A stretch of 64,000 bases of DNA from an uncultured bacterium (lineage in GTDB: Bacteria > Chloroflexota > UBA5177 > JANWHV01). The DNA is taken from contig CAVSOU010000010.1 in the NCBI GenBank assembly GCA_963729625.1, positions 96,001 through 160,000 on the forward strand. Reading direction: 5' to 3'. The position numbers were made by a program, and so were the translations under genes. Positions 52,620 to 61,467 of the stretch are shown here, in pieces (position 1 is the first letter of the stretch; each line of letters opens with the position of its first letter). Under the pieces are notes generated by a model. It made no database searches, was not told the origin of the DNA, and worked only from the letters and a program-made list of their open reading frames with translations.

Positions 52620-52717
52620 CGTGATCCCTCCTGCGCGTCAGCCTCACTCGGCAGTCTTTGCTCAGTGCGTTCATGGCGCTCAGAAGGCCTGAGTGCCGGC
52701 CTGCCGTTTCAGGCCCG

Positions 52718-52759
52718 AGTATAGCACGTGCGGTCTGGGCAAATGCCACCTGCTACACT
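52718..52759. promoter_or_regulatory. Divergent extended -10 promoters (YbjQ-like gene / rplI-dnaB)
   Basis: TGcTATACT on minus (52718-26); TGcTACACT on plus (52751-59). Confidence 0.5.
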
Positions 52760-52851
52760 GTAGGGTTGTAGCTGATCGAAGGCATGCCGTGGGTAACGTT
52801 GTTTACCGGCGCCCTTGCATTGCAGACAATGTCGGTTAGGAGTTGGCAGGC

Positions 52852-53310
52852 ATGGTAAAGGTCGTATTGAACAAGGACGTGGCAAATCTGGGCAAGGCGG
52901 GAGAAGTCAAGGATGTCTCTCCTGGCTACATGCGCAACTTTCTCATTCCGCAGGGCCTCGCGGTGCTTGCCACGTCCGGCGCGCTGAAGTCGCTGGAAAC
53001 GCGGCGGTCGCAAATTATCAAGGCGCACGAAAAGGCGCGTTCCGATGCGCAATCGCTGGCCTCACGTCTCGCTGACGTCTCGCTCGTGTTCCAGGTACGA
53101 GTAGGCGAGCAGAACCGTCTCTACGGATCGATCACGAGCAAAGATATCGCGGATGAGTTGGCGCGCGCTGCCGAGATCACCGTTGATCGACGTGATATCG
53201 AGCTACCGGAGGCACTCAAGACCCTGGGCAACTACAGCGTACCGGTGCGATTGGGCCACGACGTTAAGGCTTCCATCAACGTTACGCTGCAGGAGGCGGC
53301 CTCCGCTTGA
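52852..53310 (+). CDS. rplI: 50S ribosomal protein bL9
   Basis: DVANLGKAGEVKDVSPGYMRNFLIP, RLYGSIT..DIA. Confidence 0.98.
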   Translation: MVKVVLNKDVANLGKAGEVKDVSPGYMRNFLIPQGLAVLATSGALKSLETRRSQIIKAHEKARSDAQSLASRLADVSLVFQVRVGEQNRLYGSITSKDIADELARAAEITVDRRDIELPEALKTLGNYSVPVRLGHDVKASINVTLQEAASA

Positions 53311-54656
53311 TCATGGAGACACTCGCGGCTGGAGGCGAAGAGCATCTACCGCGCAGTCTAGAAGCTGAACAGGCCGTCTTGGGCAGTCTGCTTCTTGATC
53401 CCGATGCCATCATCGAAGTTACCGCGATTTTGCGACCGGATGACTTCGCGCATGATGCCCATGCAGTTACCTACCGCGTCATGGTCGACCTGTACGAGCA
53501 GCGCCGACCGGTAGACGTTATTACCGTCCTGGAGGAGGTCGAACGCCGCGACCTCCTTCAGCGCGCCGGCGGTAGGGGTTACGTGCTTTCGCTGGTCGAC
53601 GTCGTACCCACTGCCGTCCACGTCGAGCACTACGCGCGGATCGTGGAGCGACTTGCGGTTCTTCGCCGGCTGATACGTGCCGGTGGCCAAATTGTCAGCA
53701 TCGCTCAACGCGACGGCGTCGAGGTCGAGGAGGCGCTGAACGATGCCGAAGAAGTACTGTTTGCCGTGGCCCAGGGCAGGAGCAGCGCCGGCTTTGTGCC
53801 GATTCGCGAGGTGCTTACAACGATCCTCGAGCAGGCCGACTACGTACACGAACACCGCGGAGCCATCCTCGGCACCCCCACCGGTTTCGTCGATCTTGAC
53901 AAGATTCTGGGCGGGTTGCAGCGTTCGGACTTGATCATCGTCGGCGCCCGGCCTGCGCATGGCAAGACCGCTCTGGCCCTTGGCATGTGCCATAATGCTG
54001 CTGTGCGGTTCAAACAGCGGGTTGCCCTTTTTAGCCTGGAAATGTCAAAGGAGCAGCTCGTGCAGCGCTTGTTGTGTATGCAGGGCAGACTCGACAGCGG
54101 GCGCCTGCGGTCCGGCTATATTGACGAGGCAGAGTGGGGCAGGTTGATCGAGGCTGCGGGCGTCCTGTCTGAAACACGCATCTTCATCGACGATTCAGCC
54201 GGGATTACTCCCGCTGAGATGCGCAATCGTGCGCGCAGGTTGCAGGCCGAGCAAGGACTGGACCTCATCGTGGTCGACTACCTGCAGCTGATGTCGGGCC
54301 GAGCGTCCGAGAATCGTGTGCAGGAGATCAGTGGGATCTCTCGCGCTCTCAAGATTCTTGCCCGCGAGCTGAACGTGCCGGTGGTCGCTCTCTCGCAGGT
54401 GTCCCGCGGTGTGGACTCGCGTACTTCGCACGTTCCGCTGCTCTCGGATCTGCGCGAGAGCGGCAGTATCGAGCAGGACGCCGACGTCGTACTATTCCTT
54501 TGCCGTGAAGAAATGTACGATCCCGAGACCGAAAAGCAACACATCGCCGATCTCTATGTGGCCAAACACCGTAACGGGCCGACCGGGCAGCTTTCGCTGT
54601 ACTTTGACAAAGTTCAGACTCGATTCCGGGACCTTGAGGCCCGCGCGCCGCTATGA
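53307..54656 (+). CDS. dnaB: Replicative DNA helicase
   Basis: EAEQAVLG, ARPAHGKT, FSLEM, VDYLQLM, SDLRESGSIEQDAD, KHRNGPTG; no intein. Confidence 0.98.
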   Translation: MIMETLAAGGEEHLPRSLEAEQAVLGSLLLDPDAIIEVTAILRPDDFAHDAHAVTYRVMVDLYEQRRPVDVITVLEEVERRDLLQRAGGRGYVLSLVDVVPTAVHVEHYARIVERLAVLRRLIRAGGQIVSIAQRDGVEVEEALNDAEEVLFAVAQGRSSAGFVPIREVLTTILEQADYVHEHRGAILGTPTGFVDLDKILGGLQRSDLIIVGARPAHGKTALALGMCHNAAVRFKQRVALFSLEMSKEQLVQRLLCMQGRLDSGRLRSGYIDEAEWGRLIEAAGVLSETRIFIDDSAGITPAEMRNRARRLQAEQGLDLIVVDYLQLMSGRASENRVQEISGISRALKILARELNVPVVALSQVSRGVDSRTSHVPLLSDLRESGSIEQDADVVLFLCREEMYDPETEKQHIADLYVAKHRNGPTGQLSLYFDKVQTRFRDLEARAPL

Positions 54657-55387
54657 GCGGCTTTGCCGGATTTTACCCAAGCAAAGCGGCGAACACGCCG
54701 GTACCGGATGCGTTCTTCAGCATACTGCTTCCCGAGATCGATTCCCTGGTCGAGCTGAAGGTGACTCTGCATCTGTTTTGGCTGCTCGCCCGTCGAACCG
54801 GCCTGCCAAAGGCCGTGGCGCTCGATGACTTGCAGGCCGATCGCTTACTCCTGAGGTCGCTCAAGCCCTCGCGTGGACCGCGAACTGCCGAGGATTGCCT
54901 TCGTGAGGGTCTCGAGCTTTCGGTGACGCGTGGCACAGTGTTGATGGTGTCGCTCGGCCAAACCGAGAAGGATCTGCGCCGGTGGTATCTCATCAACACA
55001 CCGGCCAGCCGCGATGCCCTCGAGGCGCTACGGCGCGAGGAGATCGACCCTTCCGCTGCCCTCGGCGAGCAGGTGGGGGCCGTCGAGATCGTTCGCATCT
55101 ATCGCCCAAATATCTTTACATTATATGAGCGGAACATCGGCGTGCTGACGCCGCTTATCGCGGACCGACTTCGCGACGCGGAGTTGACCTATCCGCACGA
55201 GTGGATAAGCGACGCCATGAGGCGCGCGGTCGAACAGAACAAGCGCAATTGGGCGTACGTTGCCGCAATTCTCAAGCGGTGGGAGGCTGAGGGGAAGGCC
55301 AGTGGAATCGATCGGCGACATTCTGAAACGCCTGGAGATTCGGAGAAATACACCGGAGGGCGATACGGCCACGTCGTCGAATCGTGA
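54653..55387 (+). CDS. DnaD-domain replication protein
   Basis: NIFTLYERNIG.LTP, AVEQNKRNWAYVAAILKRW (DnaD YxxxILxxW motif). Confidence 0.88.
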   Translation: MSGFAGFYPSKAANTPVPDAFFSILLPEIDSLVELKVTLHLFWLLARRTGLPKAVALDDLQADRLLLRSLKPSRGPRTAEDCLREGLELSVTRGTVLMVSLGQTEKDLRRWYLINTPASRDALEALRREEIDPSAALGEQVGAVEIVRIYRPNIFTLYERNIGVLTPLIADRLRDAELTYPHEWISDAMRRAVEQNKRNWAYVAAILKRWEAEGKASGIDRRHSETPGDSEKYTGGRYGHVVES

Positions 55388-56141
55388 GTCCGCGCCGGTC
55401 TGCGATCGATGTGGAGGCGCTGGCTACCTGCGCCTTGACGTGCCGGTGGACGATCCCGGCTTTGGTACGATCGTGCCGTGCGGCTGCAAGGAGCGCGAGA
55501 TTACCGAGCGTCGGATGCAGCGCCTGCTCGAGAAGTCGAACCTGCGCGCTCTCTCAAGCATGACCTTCGAGTCGTTCCTCGTGGACGCGCCGCAGCGCAA
55601 CGCCTTCAAGCGCGCGCAGCAATATGCAGCCAATCCCGATGGCTGGCTCGTGATCATGGGCGGCTATGGTACAGGCAAGACCCATCTTGCCGCGGCTATC
55701 GGCAACTATCGGCTGGCAATGGGCGCGCCCGCCCTGTTTATGGTCGTTCCGGACCTGCTTGACCACCTGCGCTCGGCGTACGCACCTGGTAGTGAGCTGG
55801 GATATGACGACTTCTTCGAAGGAGTTCGCGAAGCCCCTCTTCTTATCTTGGACGATCTCGGGACCCAGATCAGTACCCAGTGGGCGACGGAGAAGCTCTA
55901 CCAGCTCTTTAATCACCGCTATATCCACCGCCTGCCAACGGTGATCACGACGAACAGCTCGCTCGACGAGATTGGCGGCCGGCTTGCCTCGCGGATGTCG
56001 GACCCCGTGATAAGCACCTGCGTGACGATCGATTCGCGCGACTTCCGAGGCGGTGTTGGCGATTCGGACGAGCCTGGCTCGTCGGCTTCACGGCAAACCC
56101 GGCGCCGGCCACGCGGCATCGAATATACCGACCGCCCCTGA
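55302..56141 (+). CDS. DnaC/DnaI (IstB-like) helicase-loader ATPase
   Basis: CxxC..CxC zinc motif, GYGTGKTHLA, LILDDLG, TVITTN, RLASRM; GTG 55302 after GAGGGG. Confidence 0.9.
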   Translation: MESIGDILKRLEIRRNTPEGDTATSSNRESAPVCDRCGGAGYLRLDVPVDDPGFGTIVPCGCKEREITERRMQRLLEKSNLRALSSMTFESFLVDAPQRNAFKRAQQYAANPDGWLVIMGGYGTGKTHLAAAIGNYRLAMGAPALFMVVPDLLDHLRSAYAPGSELGYDDFFEGVREAPLLILDDLGTQISTQWATEKLYQLFNHRYIHRLPTVITTNSSLDEIGGRLASRMSDPVISTCVTIDSRDFRGGVGDSDEPGSSASRQTRRRPRGIEYTDRP

Positions 56142-56162
56142 CAGTACCGGCTGCGAACGGGT

Positions 56163-56192
56163 TTGACACAGTGGCTTCCCGACCAAGATACT
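56163..56192 (+). promoter_or_regulatory. Sigma70 promoter for uORF-secD-secF
   Basis: TTGACA-18 nt-GATACT. Confidence 0.6.
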
Positions 56193-56257
56193 AGTGAGGA
56201 CTGGATGAGCAGCCTGCGGCGGCAGCAATCCGCGCGGTTCGAGGTAACTGAAACCTG

Positions 56258-56701
56258 ATGGGTGTGCGTTCCGTACCGTCGATATTGCGCACACTTGCTA
56301 TCTTCGTCGCTTCGCTCCATGCGACTGGCGGTGGCCTTGGCAGTGTGGTCGAAGCCCATGACCTCAGGCACGCGCCGGCGCAGCCCGTCGTACGAACCGA
56401 TGTGGCAGAACCAAGCTCGAGAACCGGCGCAGACGAGATCGCCGGCCAGACGTTACTGTTTGCCACCGCCGAACTGTCCTCACCGTCTCTACCAGGCTCT
56501 GTCGTTCGCCCTTTCGATTCGTCGCCGGTGCTGGCGCCTGGGCGGCGACCGATGGCCAGAGACCCGCGCTCGGCTCATTCCGCACAACAGGAGCCGCTAG
56601 CGCGCCAGGTCCGTGCGACCCAGCCGACTGTCGTTGAGTGGCTGGACATTGTCCTGACTTCAAGTCCAGCGAACGACCCACAGCGTATTCGCGCTCCGTA
56701 G
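56258..56701 (+). CDS. Putative secretion-monitor/translation-arrest leader peptide
   Basis: Signal-peptide-like N-terminus, low-complexity middle, C-terminus QRIRAP-stop; directly upstream of secD. Confidence 0.7.
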   Translation: MGVRSVPSILRTLAIFVASLHATGGGLGSVVEAHDLRHAPAQPVVRTDVAEPSSRTGADEIAGQTLLFATAELSSPSLPGSVVRPFDSSPVLAPGRRPMARDPRSAHSAQQEPLARQVRATQPTVVEWLDIVLTSSPANDPQRIRAP

Positions 56702-56703
56702 TC

Positions 56704-56811
56704 CGTCTCCTCCCAGTACGCGATGGCGTCCGGCAGCGTGGCCAGGCTCAATTGCGCCCAAGCTGCTCGGCCGAGTCCATACTCTTCACGTAGCACACTG
56801 AGAGGTAGACG
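56704..56811 (+). promoter_or_regulatory. Stem-loop sequestering the secD Shine-Dalgarno sequence
   Basis: CGTCTCCTCCCAGT (56704-17) pairs with ACTGAGAGGTAGACG (56797-811). Confidence 0.75.
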
Positions 56812-56812
56812 C

Positions 56813-58213
56813 ATGCGTCAGCGAGCCCAACTATTCTTGATAGGGATTATCGTCCTGACATTCGCCGCCGTCCTGGTAGACCTTGCCGGCACGGTAGGCA
56901 ACTTTAAGGTTTTCGGTCACGGCACGGCGATCCATCAAGGTCTGGACCTCACAGGCGGCCTGAGCATGGAACTGAAGGCGACCGACCATAAGGCCGCCAC
57001 GAGCGATGCCATGGCAGCCGCGATTGACATCATCACCAAGCGCGTCAACGCCTTTGGCGTGTCCGAGCCGATCGTAACGCAGCTTGGAAGTGACGCGATC
57101 GATGTCGAGATGCCTGGCGTCAGGGATCCGGAGGTCGTGCGCCAGACGATCGGCAGCACTGGCCAGCTCGTTCTCTACGGGATGGGCAGCCTGACCCCAC
57201 TGCAGGACGGCGCCACGTTTCCTTACTCAAACACGACCACGCTCTGTGATGCCAAGAACGCGCCGACTCCGTGCGTGGTCATGAAAGGAAGCGAGCTCGA
57301 TTCGAGCCAGATCGCGAATCAGTTCGATCAGTACGGCCAGCCAATAGTAACATTTGGCGCGAAGGGCGGCGCCGTCGGCCGCCTTGGGACTTACACGACC
57401 GACCACGTCGGGGAATACATGGCGTTTGTCCTCGACGGGAAAGTGGTGACCGATCCCAAGATCCAGTCGGCTATCACCGGCGGGAACGGTGAGATCAACA
57501 ACATCGGCAGCAGTGACACCGCCAAGGCCATTGCCATTCGTCTCAAGTACGGCGCGCTGCCCATCGCCTTCACACCGGAAGCCAGCAGCCAGATCAGCGC
57601 CACGCTGGGATCGCAGTATGTCCATGACAGCATAACCGCCGCCATCGTCGGCATTATCGTGGTTATGTTCTTCATGGTCGCGAATTACAGGCTGCCGGGA
57701 CTCGTTGCCGACATTGCACTGTTGATCTACACGTCATTAGCATTCGCAGTGTTCAAGCTCTGGCCGTTCAGCGGCAGCGGCGCCAGCGGCATCACGCTCA
57801 CGCTGGCCGGAATCGCCGGGTTCATCCTCTCGATTGGTATGGCGGTTGACGCAAACGTGCTCATCTTCGAGCGGCTAAAAGAGGAACTGCGTACGAACAA
57901 GACACTCGGAGCTTCTATCGAAGCCGGGTTCAATCGCGCGTGGACGAGTATTCGGGACTCGAATGTGAGCACGATCATCACCTGCTGCGTGCTGTATTGG
58001 TTTGGCCAGAATTACGGCGCGACCGTGATCGCGGGTTTCGCCACTACGCTCGGCATCGGCGTAGGAGTATCGATGTTCACGGCGATCGTGATCACGCGCA
58101 CGTTCCTGCGCGCACTCGTGCGAAGCAACAGCAGCTATCACCCGAAGTGGTTTGGCGCCGGTCTGGAGAACGTCAGTCCACAGACGCGGCCGACCAAGGG
58201 AGGGCAGGGCTAA
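56813..58213 (+). CDS. secD: Protein translocase subunit SecD
   Basis: GLDLTGG, RVNAFGVSEP, GALP, IGMAVDANVLIFERLKEE, DSNVST. Confidence 0.97.
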   Translation: MRQRAQLFLIGIIVLTFAAVLVDLAGTVGNFKVFGHGTAIHQGLDLTGGLSMELKATDHKAATSDAMAAAIDIITKRVNAFGVSEPIVTQLGSDAIDVEMPGVRDPEVVRQTIGSTGQLVLYGMGSLTPLQDGATFPYSNTTTLCDAKNAPTPCVVMKGSELDSSQIANQFDQYGQPIVTFGAKGGAVGRLGTYTTDHVGEYMAFVLDGKVVTDPKIQSAITGGNGEINNIGSSDTAKAIAIRLKYGALPIAFTPEASSQISATLGSQYVHDSITAAIVGIIVVMFFMVANYRLPGLVADIALLIYTSLAFAVFKLWPFSGSGASGITLTLAGIAGFILSIGMAVDANVLIFERLKEELRTNKTLGASIEAGFNRAWTSIRDSNVSTIITCCVLYWFGQNYGATVIAGFATTLGIGVGVSMFTAIVITRTFLRALVRSNSSYHPKWFGAGLENVSPQTRPTKGGQG

Positions 58214-58259
58214 TGTTTGTGCAGGCTGCCGGACGCTTCACGGCTGGGGGATCACGCTC

Positions 58260-59306
58260 ATGATTAACATCATCAGGTATCGCTACTGGTATTTCCTGTT
58301 CTCGCTGTTGATCATCGTTCCTGGTTTCGCGTTCTTCCTAGCGGGAGGGCTGAAGCTCGGAATCGACTTTACGGGCGGCACAGAGCTCACGCTGCGGTTC
58401 AGCACGGTCCAGGCCAGCGCACACCTGGAGGATCAGATTCGTAGCGCGGTGATCAGCGGCGCCAAGCTAAGCGAAGCGGAGGTGATTTCGTCGACGCCTC
58501 TCGGCGGCGCAGCAAACAACGGCGCCCACTATCTCGTGCGCATTCCATTCATTGGCGACTCGCCGCAGAAGCTGGCGGCCGTCCTGGCGCCGCTCTATCG
58601 CGAATACGGTTGCGGCTCGCTCGTGAAGACCACGGCTCCCGGGCTTTACAAGGTGCCATTGCCCACCTGCAAGAACTTGGCGCTCGAGCAGGAAACCGAC
58701 GTCGGCGGCGCAATTGGCTCGCAGATTCGTTCGCGCGCCGCGACAGCGGTGGTCATCGCCGCCGCGTTCATCCTGCTGTATATATCCTTTGCCTTCCGCA
58801 AGGTGGCTCACCCGTTCCGCTACGGAACGTGCGCCATCATCGCATTGCTGCACGACGTTCTGGTGGTCATGGGGCTTTTCGCAATCTTTGGCAGGGCGCT
58901 CGGCGTGACCGTGGACTCGTTGTTTGTCACGGCCGTGCTCACCGTTATCGGTTTCTCGGTGCACGATACAATCGTTATCTTCGACCGAATTCGTGAGAAT
59001 ATGGCGCGCCGTATCGGCGAGCCCTTCGAGCTTGTCGTCAACAACGCCATCCTTCAGTCGATGGCACGCTCGTTGAACACGTCGCTGACCGTGCTGATGA
59101 CACTGACCGCGCTCTTGCTGTTCAGTGGGGCCAGTATCCGGATTTTCGTCGTGACGCTTCTTATAGGAATTACAAGTGGGACATATAGCTCGATCTTCAA
59201 TGCGAGCCCACTCTTAGTAGTGTGGGAGAACGACGAGCTAGGGATAGGCAAGTTTCTTCAGCGGTTCAGGAGGAGCAAGACCGGGCGGCCGGCTACCGCG
59301 CGTTAA
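58260..59306 (+). CDS. secF: Protein translocase subunit SecF
   Basis: GIDFTGGT, ALLHD, GFSVHDTIVIFDRIREN, GTYSSIFNASP. Confidence 0.97.
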   Translation: MINIIRYRYWYFLFSLLIIVPGFAFFLAGGLKLGIDFTGGTELTLRFSTVQASAHLEDQIRSAVISGAKLSEAEVISSTPLGGAANNGAHYLVRIPFIGDSPQKLAAVLAPLYREYGCGSLVKTTAPGLYKVPLPTCKNLALEQETDVGGAIGSQIRSRAATAVVIAAAFILLYISFAFRKVAHPFRYGTCAIIALLHDVLVVMGLFAIFGRALGVTVDSLFVTAVLTVIGFSVHDTIVIFDRIRENMARRIGEPFELVVNNAILQSMARSLNTSLTVLMTLTALLLFSGASIRIFVVTLLIGITSGTYSSIFNASPLLVVWENDELGIGKFLQRFRRSKTGRPATAR

Positions 59307-59332
59307 CCGACAATTCGGTATTGGCGAGGATG

Positions 59333-59365
59333 GGGAGTGCTGCCGACGCTCCTGTCGGCACTCCC
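59333..59365. terminator. Hairpin between convergent secF and xseB
   Basis: GGGAG..TGCCGAC/GTCGGCA-CTCCC stem. Confidence 0.55.
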
Positions 59366-59405
59366 TGTTAGCTCTGGAGATCTGCGCCTCAGGCAGGCAG
59401 GTGGC

Positions 59406-59651
59406 TCATTGACTGTTGCCGCCGTTCTCCGGCTGCTGAGGGCTCGGCGGTGAGCCGTTCGGCGCAGAGATGCTGATGCGCAACTCAGCCTTCGTCAACA
59501 GTGCGTCGCAGTGGCCTGCCAGGGCAATGCCCCGCTCGTACAGTGCAAGAGCTTGGTCGAGACTGAGGTCGTCTCCGCGCAGCTTCTCAACCGTGCTCTG
59601 GAGCTCTCCGAGCGCCTGTTCGAACGTGAGCTGGGCCGTATCGTCGTTCAT
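59406..59651 (-). CDS. xseB: Exodeoxyribonuclease VII small subunit
   Basis: FEQALGELQ..VEKL, LSLDQALALYERG..L...C..LL..AE. Confidence 0.95.
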   Translation of the reverse strand: MNDDTAQLTFEQALGELQSTVEKLRGDDLSLDQALALYERGIALAGHCDALLTKAELRISISAPNGSPPSPQQPENGGNSQ

Positions 59652-59666
59652 TGGCCGTTCAACCTC

Positions 59667-60935
59667 TCATCCTGCAGACCTGGTTTCACCTGAGCGCCAC
59701 ACGTCGTCAACGGTCGCCGCAACCGTGCCGTCCCGCAGACGGATGCGTATCTGGTCTCCGATGTCGAGCCCCGCGGCGTGGCGCACGATAGCGCCAGTCG
59801 AATCGGTGATCAGCGCATAGCCACGCTCGAGGGCGACGGTCGGATGAAGAAGGGCCAGCTCACCTTGCCGGCTCAGCAGGCGTTCCCGCTTGATCTGCAC
59901 GTGTCGAGTGGCCCGTTCGGTGAGGGCACGGACAAGGTCGTCGAGGTGCTGGTGCCACTGCACGATGCTTCGCCACGGACTGCGCTGCAGCAGCTCACGG
60001 TGCAGTGTATCCACCGAGCGGCGCGCTCTGGTCAACCGGTCGCCGAGCGCAGACAACATTTCCACGCCGTACGCCTCGACCTGCGAAAGTAGAATCTCTC
60101 GATCAGGGACGACTGCCACGGCCGCTGCCGTTGGCGTAGGCGCGCGCAGATCGGCTACGAAGTCCGCCACTGTGAAGTCGGTTTCGTGGCCAATCCCGGT
60201 AACCACGGGTACGGACGCACCGGCGATCGCGCGAGCTACCGCTTCGTCGTTAAATGCCCAAAGGTCCTCCACGGACCCCCCGCCCCTAGCGACGATGATC
60301 ACATCGATATCGCCGCGGTGCGACAGATGCTCGATCGCCGCAACTATCTGTTGGGGTGCTTCGACCCCCTGAACGAGCGACGGCGACAGGATTATCTCAA
60401 CTGCAGGGAAACGCTCGCCGATGACGCGGCAGATGTCCTGAAACGCAGCAGCTTGAACTGACGTGACCACGCCAATCCGGCGCGGAACTACAGGAATCGG
60501 CCGTTTCCGCGCGTCCTCAAACAACCCCTCTGCCCGGAGTTTCGCGCAGAGCTCCTCGAACCGCTGCTGAAGAATACCGAGCCCGGCGGATTGCAGGTGA
60601 TCGACGTAGAGTTGCACCGATCCCTGGACCTCGTAGATTCCGATTCGACCGTGGGTCAGAACTTGGTCACCGTTCTTGAGCGCTCTCAGAACAGCCTTTT
60701 GCACGCCGCTGTTGCGAAACGCGACCGCCCTGAGCTGGCATTCCTCGTCTTTCAGCGTGAAGTACGTGTGGCCTGCCGTTGAATGGCTGAGATTCGAGAC
60801 TTCGCCCTGCACCCAGAGACCGCTGAGAACCACGTCGTCGGCGAGCACGTCCCCCATGTAACGCACAACCTCGCCGACCGTGAAGACGCCGTCCACTTCG
60901 GCTCCTCGAACGAACCCGGCTGCGGATCCCTGCAT
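59667..60935 (-). CDS. xseA: Exodeoxyribonuclease VII large subunit
   Basis: GHTYFTLKD, ARGGGSVEDLWAFNDE, GHETDFT, RAPTPTAA. Confidence 0.97.
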   Translation of the reverse strand: MQGSAAGFVRGAEVDGVFTVGEVVRYMGDVLADDVVLSGLWVQGEVSNLSHSTAGHTYFTLKDEECQLRAVAFRNSGVQKAVLRALKNGDQVLTHGRIGIYEVQGSVQLYVDHLQSAGLGILQQRFEELCAKLRAEGLFEDARKRPIPVVPRRIGVVTSVQAAAFQDICRVIGERFPAVEIILSPSLVQGVEAPQQIVAAIEHLSHRGDIDVIIVARGGGSVEDLWAFNDEAVARAIAGASVPVVTGIGHETDFTVADFVADLRAPTPTAAAVAVVPDREILLSQVEAYGVEMLSALGDRLTRARRSVDTLHRELLQRSPWRSIVQWHQHLDDLVRALTERATRHVQIKRERLLSRQGELALLHPTVALERGYALITDSTGAIVRHAAGLDIGDQIRIRLRDGTVAATVDDVWRSGETRSAG

Positions 60936-61014
60936 CAGATGACCTCGCTCCGCACGTACGCGACCTTCGCGGCAACCAGAACACTGCGAATGGCTAACAG
61001 TGCGTCAGAGTAAC

Positions 61015-61458
61015 TCACCCTATCTCGACGAGCGGCTGGCCGAACTCCACGGCCGTACGATCTTGCACGAGGAATCGAAGCAGCATTCCTACCCGGTCGG
61101 ACCGGACTTCGTGTTGCAGCTGCATGGCCGCAATGACGCCGAGGAGGGTGCCTTCTTCGACCGGCTGCCCCTCCTCAACGTAGGACGGCGCTCCTGACTC
61201 CCCGGCGCGATGGAACACGCCTACCCACTGCGAGAGCAAGGCATAGGGGCCGCTCACCTCATCCGGCGTGGCTTCGGCTGCTCTCCGCCGCACCGCCCCG
61301 TCTGTCGCCAGGTCGAGCTTCAGTCGCACTGACCAGGATCCGTCTGCGACCTCGATCTCTTCCACGCCTGCCTGAAAGCACAGATCTGCCAATGCACGAA
61401 TGCCGGCCGCCGACGGAGTGGTCTCGTCGCTCTTCGCGGTATGCACACGATCCGCCAT
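61015..61458 (-). CDS. Biotin-carboxyl-carrier (AccB)-like protein lacking the biotinyl-lysine
   Basis: VGVFHRA, YVEEGQPV..G..LGVIAAMQL, VEFGQPLVEI; follows efp. Confidence 0.8.
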   Translation of the reverse strand: MADRVHTAKSDETTPSAAGIRALADLCFQAGVEEIEVADGSWSVRLKLDLATDGAVRRRAAEATPDEVSGPYALLSQWVGVFHRAGESGAPSYVEEGQPVEEGTLLGVIAAMQLQHEVRSDRVGMLLRFLVQDRTAVEFGQPLVEIG

Positions 61459-61467
61459 CGTAACCAC

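Noticed and set aside
55302-56141. IstB-like ATPase as an IS21 element or prophage
   Set aside because: No IstA transposase, terminal repeats, integrase or phage genes; context is rplI-dnaB-DnaD, fitting a chromosomal helicase loader.
56262-56681. Alternative ORFs 56262-56600 (+) and 56364-56681 (-) as the real gene upstream of secD
   Set aside because: Neither ends at the anti-SD stem or has a recognisable motif; 56258-56701 has the SD, signal-like segment and RAP end.
56723-56812. Longer secD start at 56723
   Set aside because: No SD, and the extension lies in the structured spacer; ATG 56813 has GAGAGG and gives a typical basic-then-TM N-terminus.
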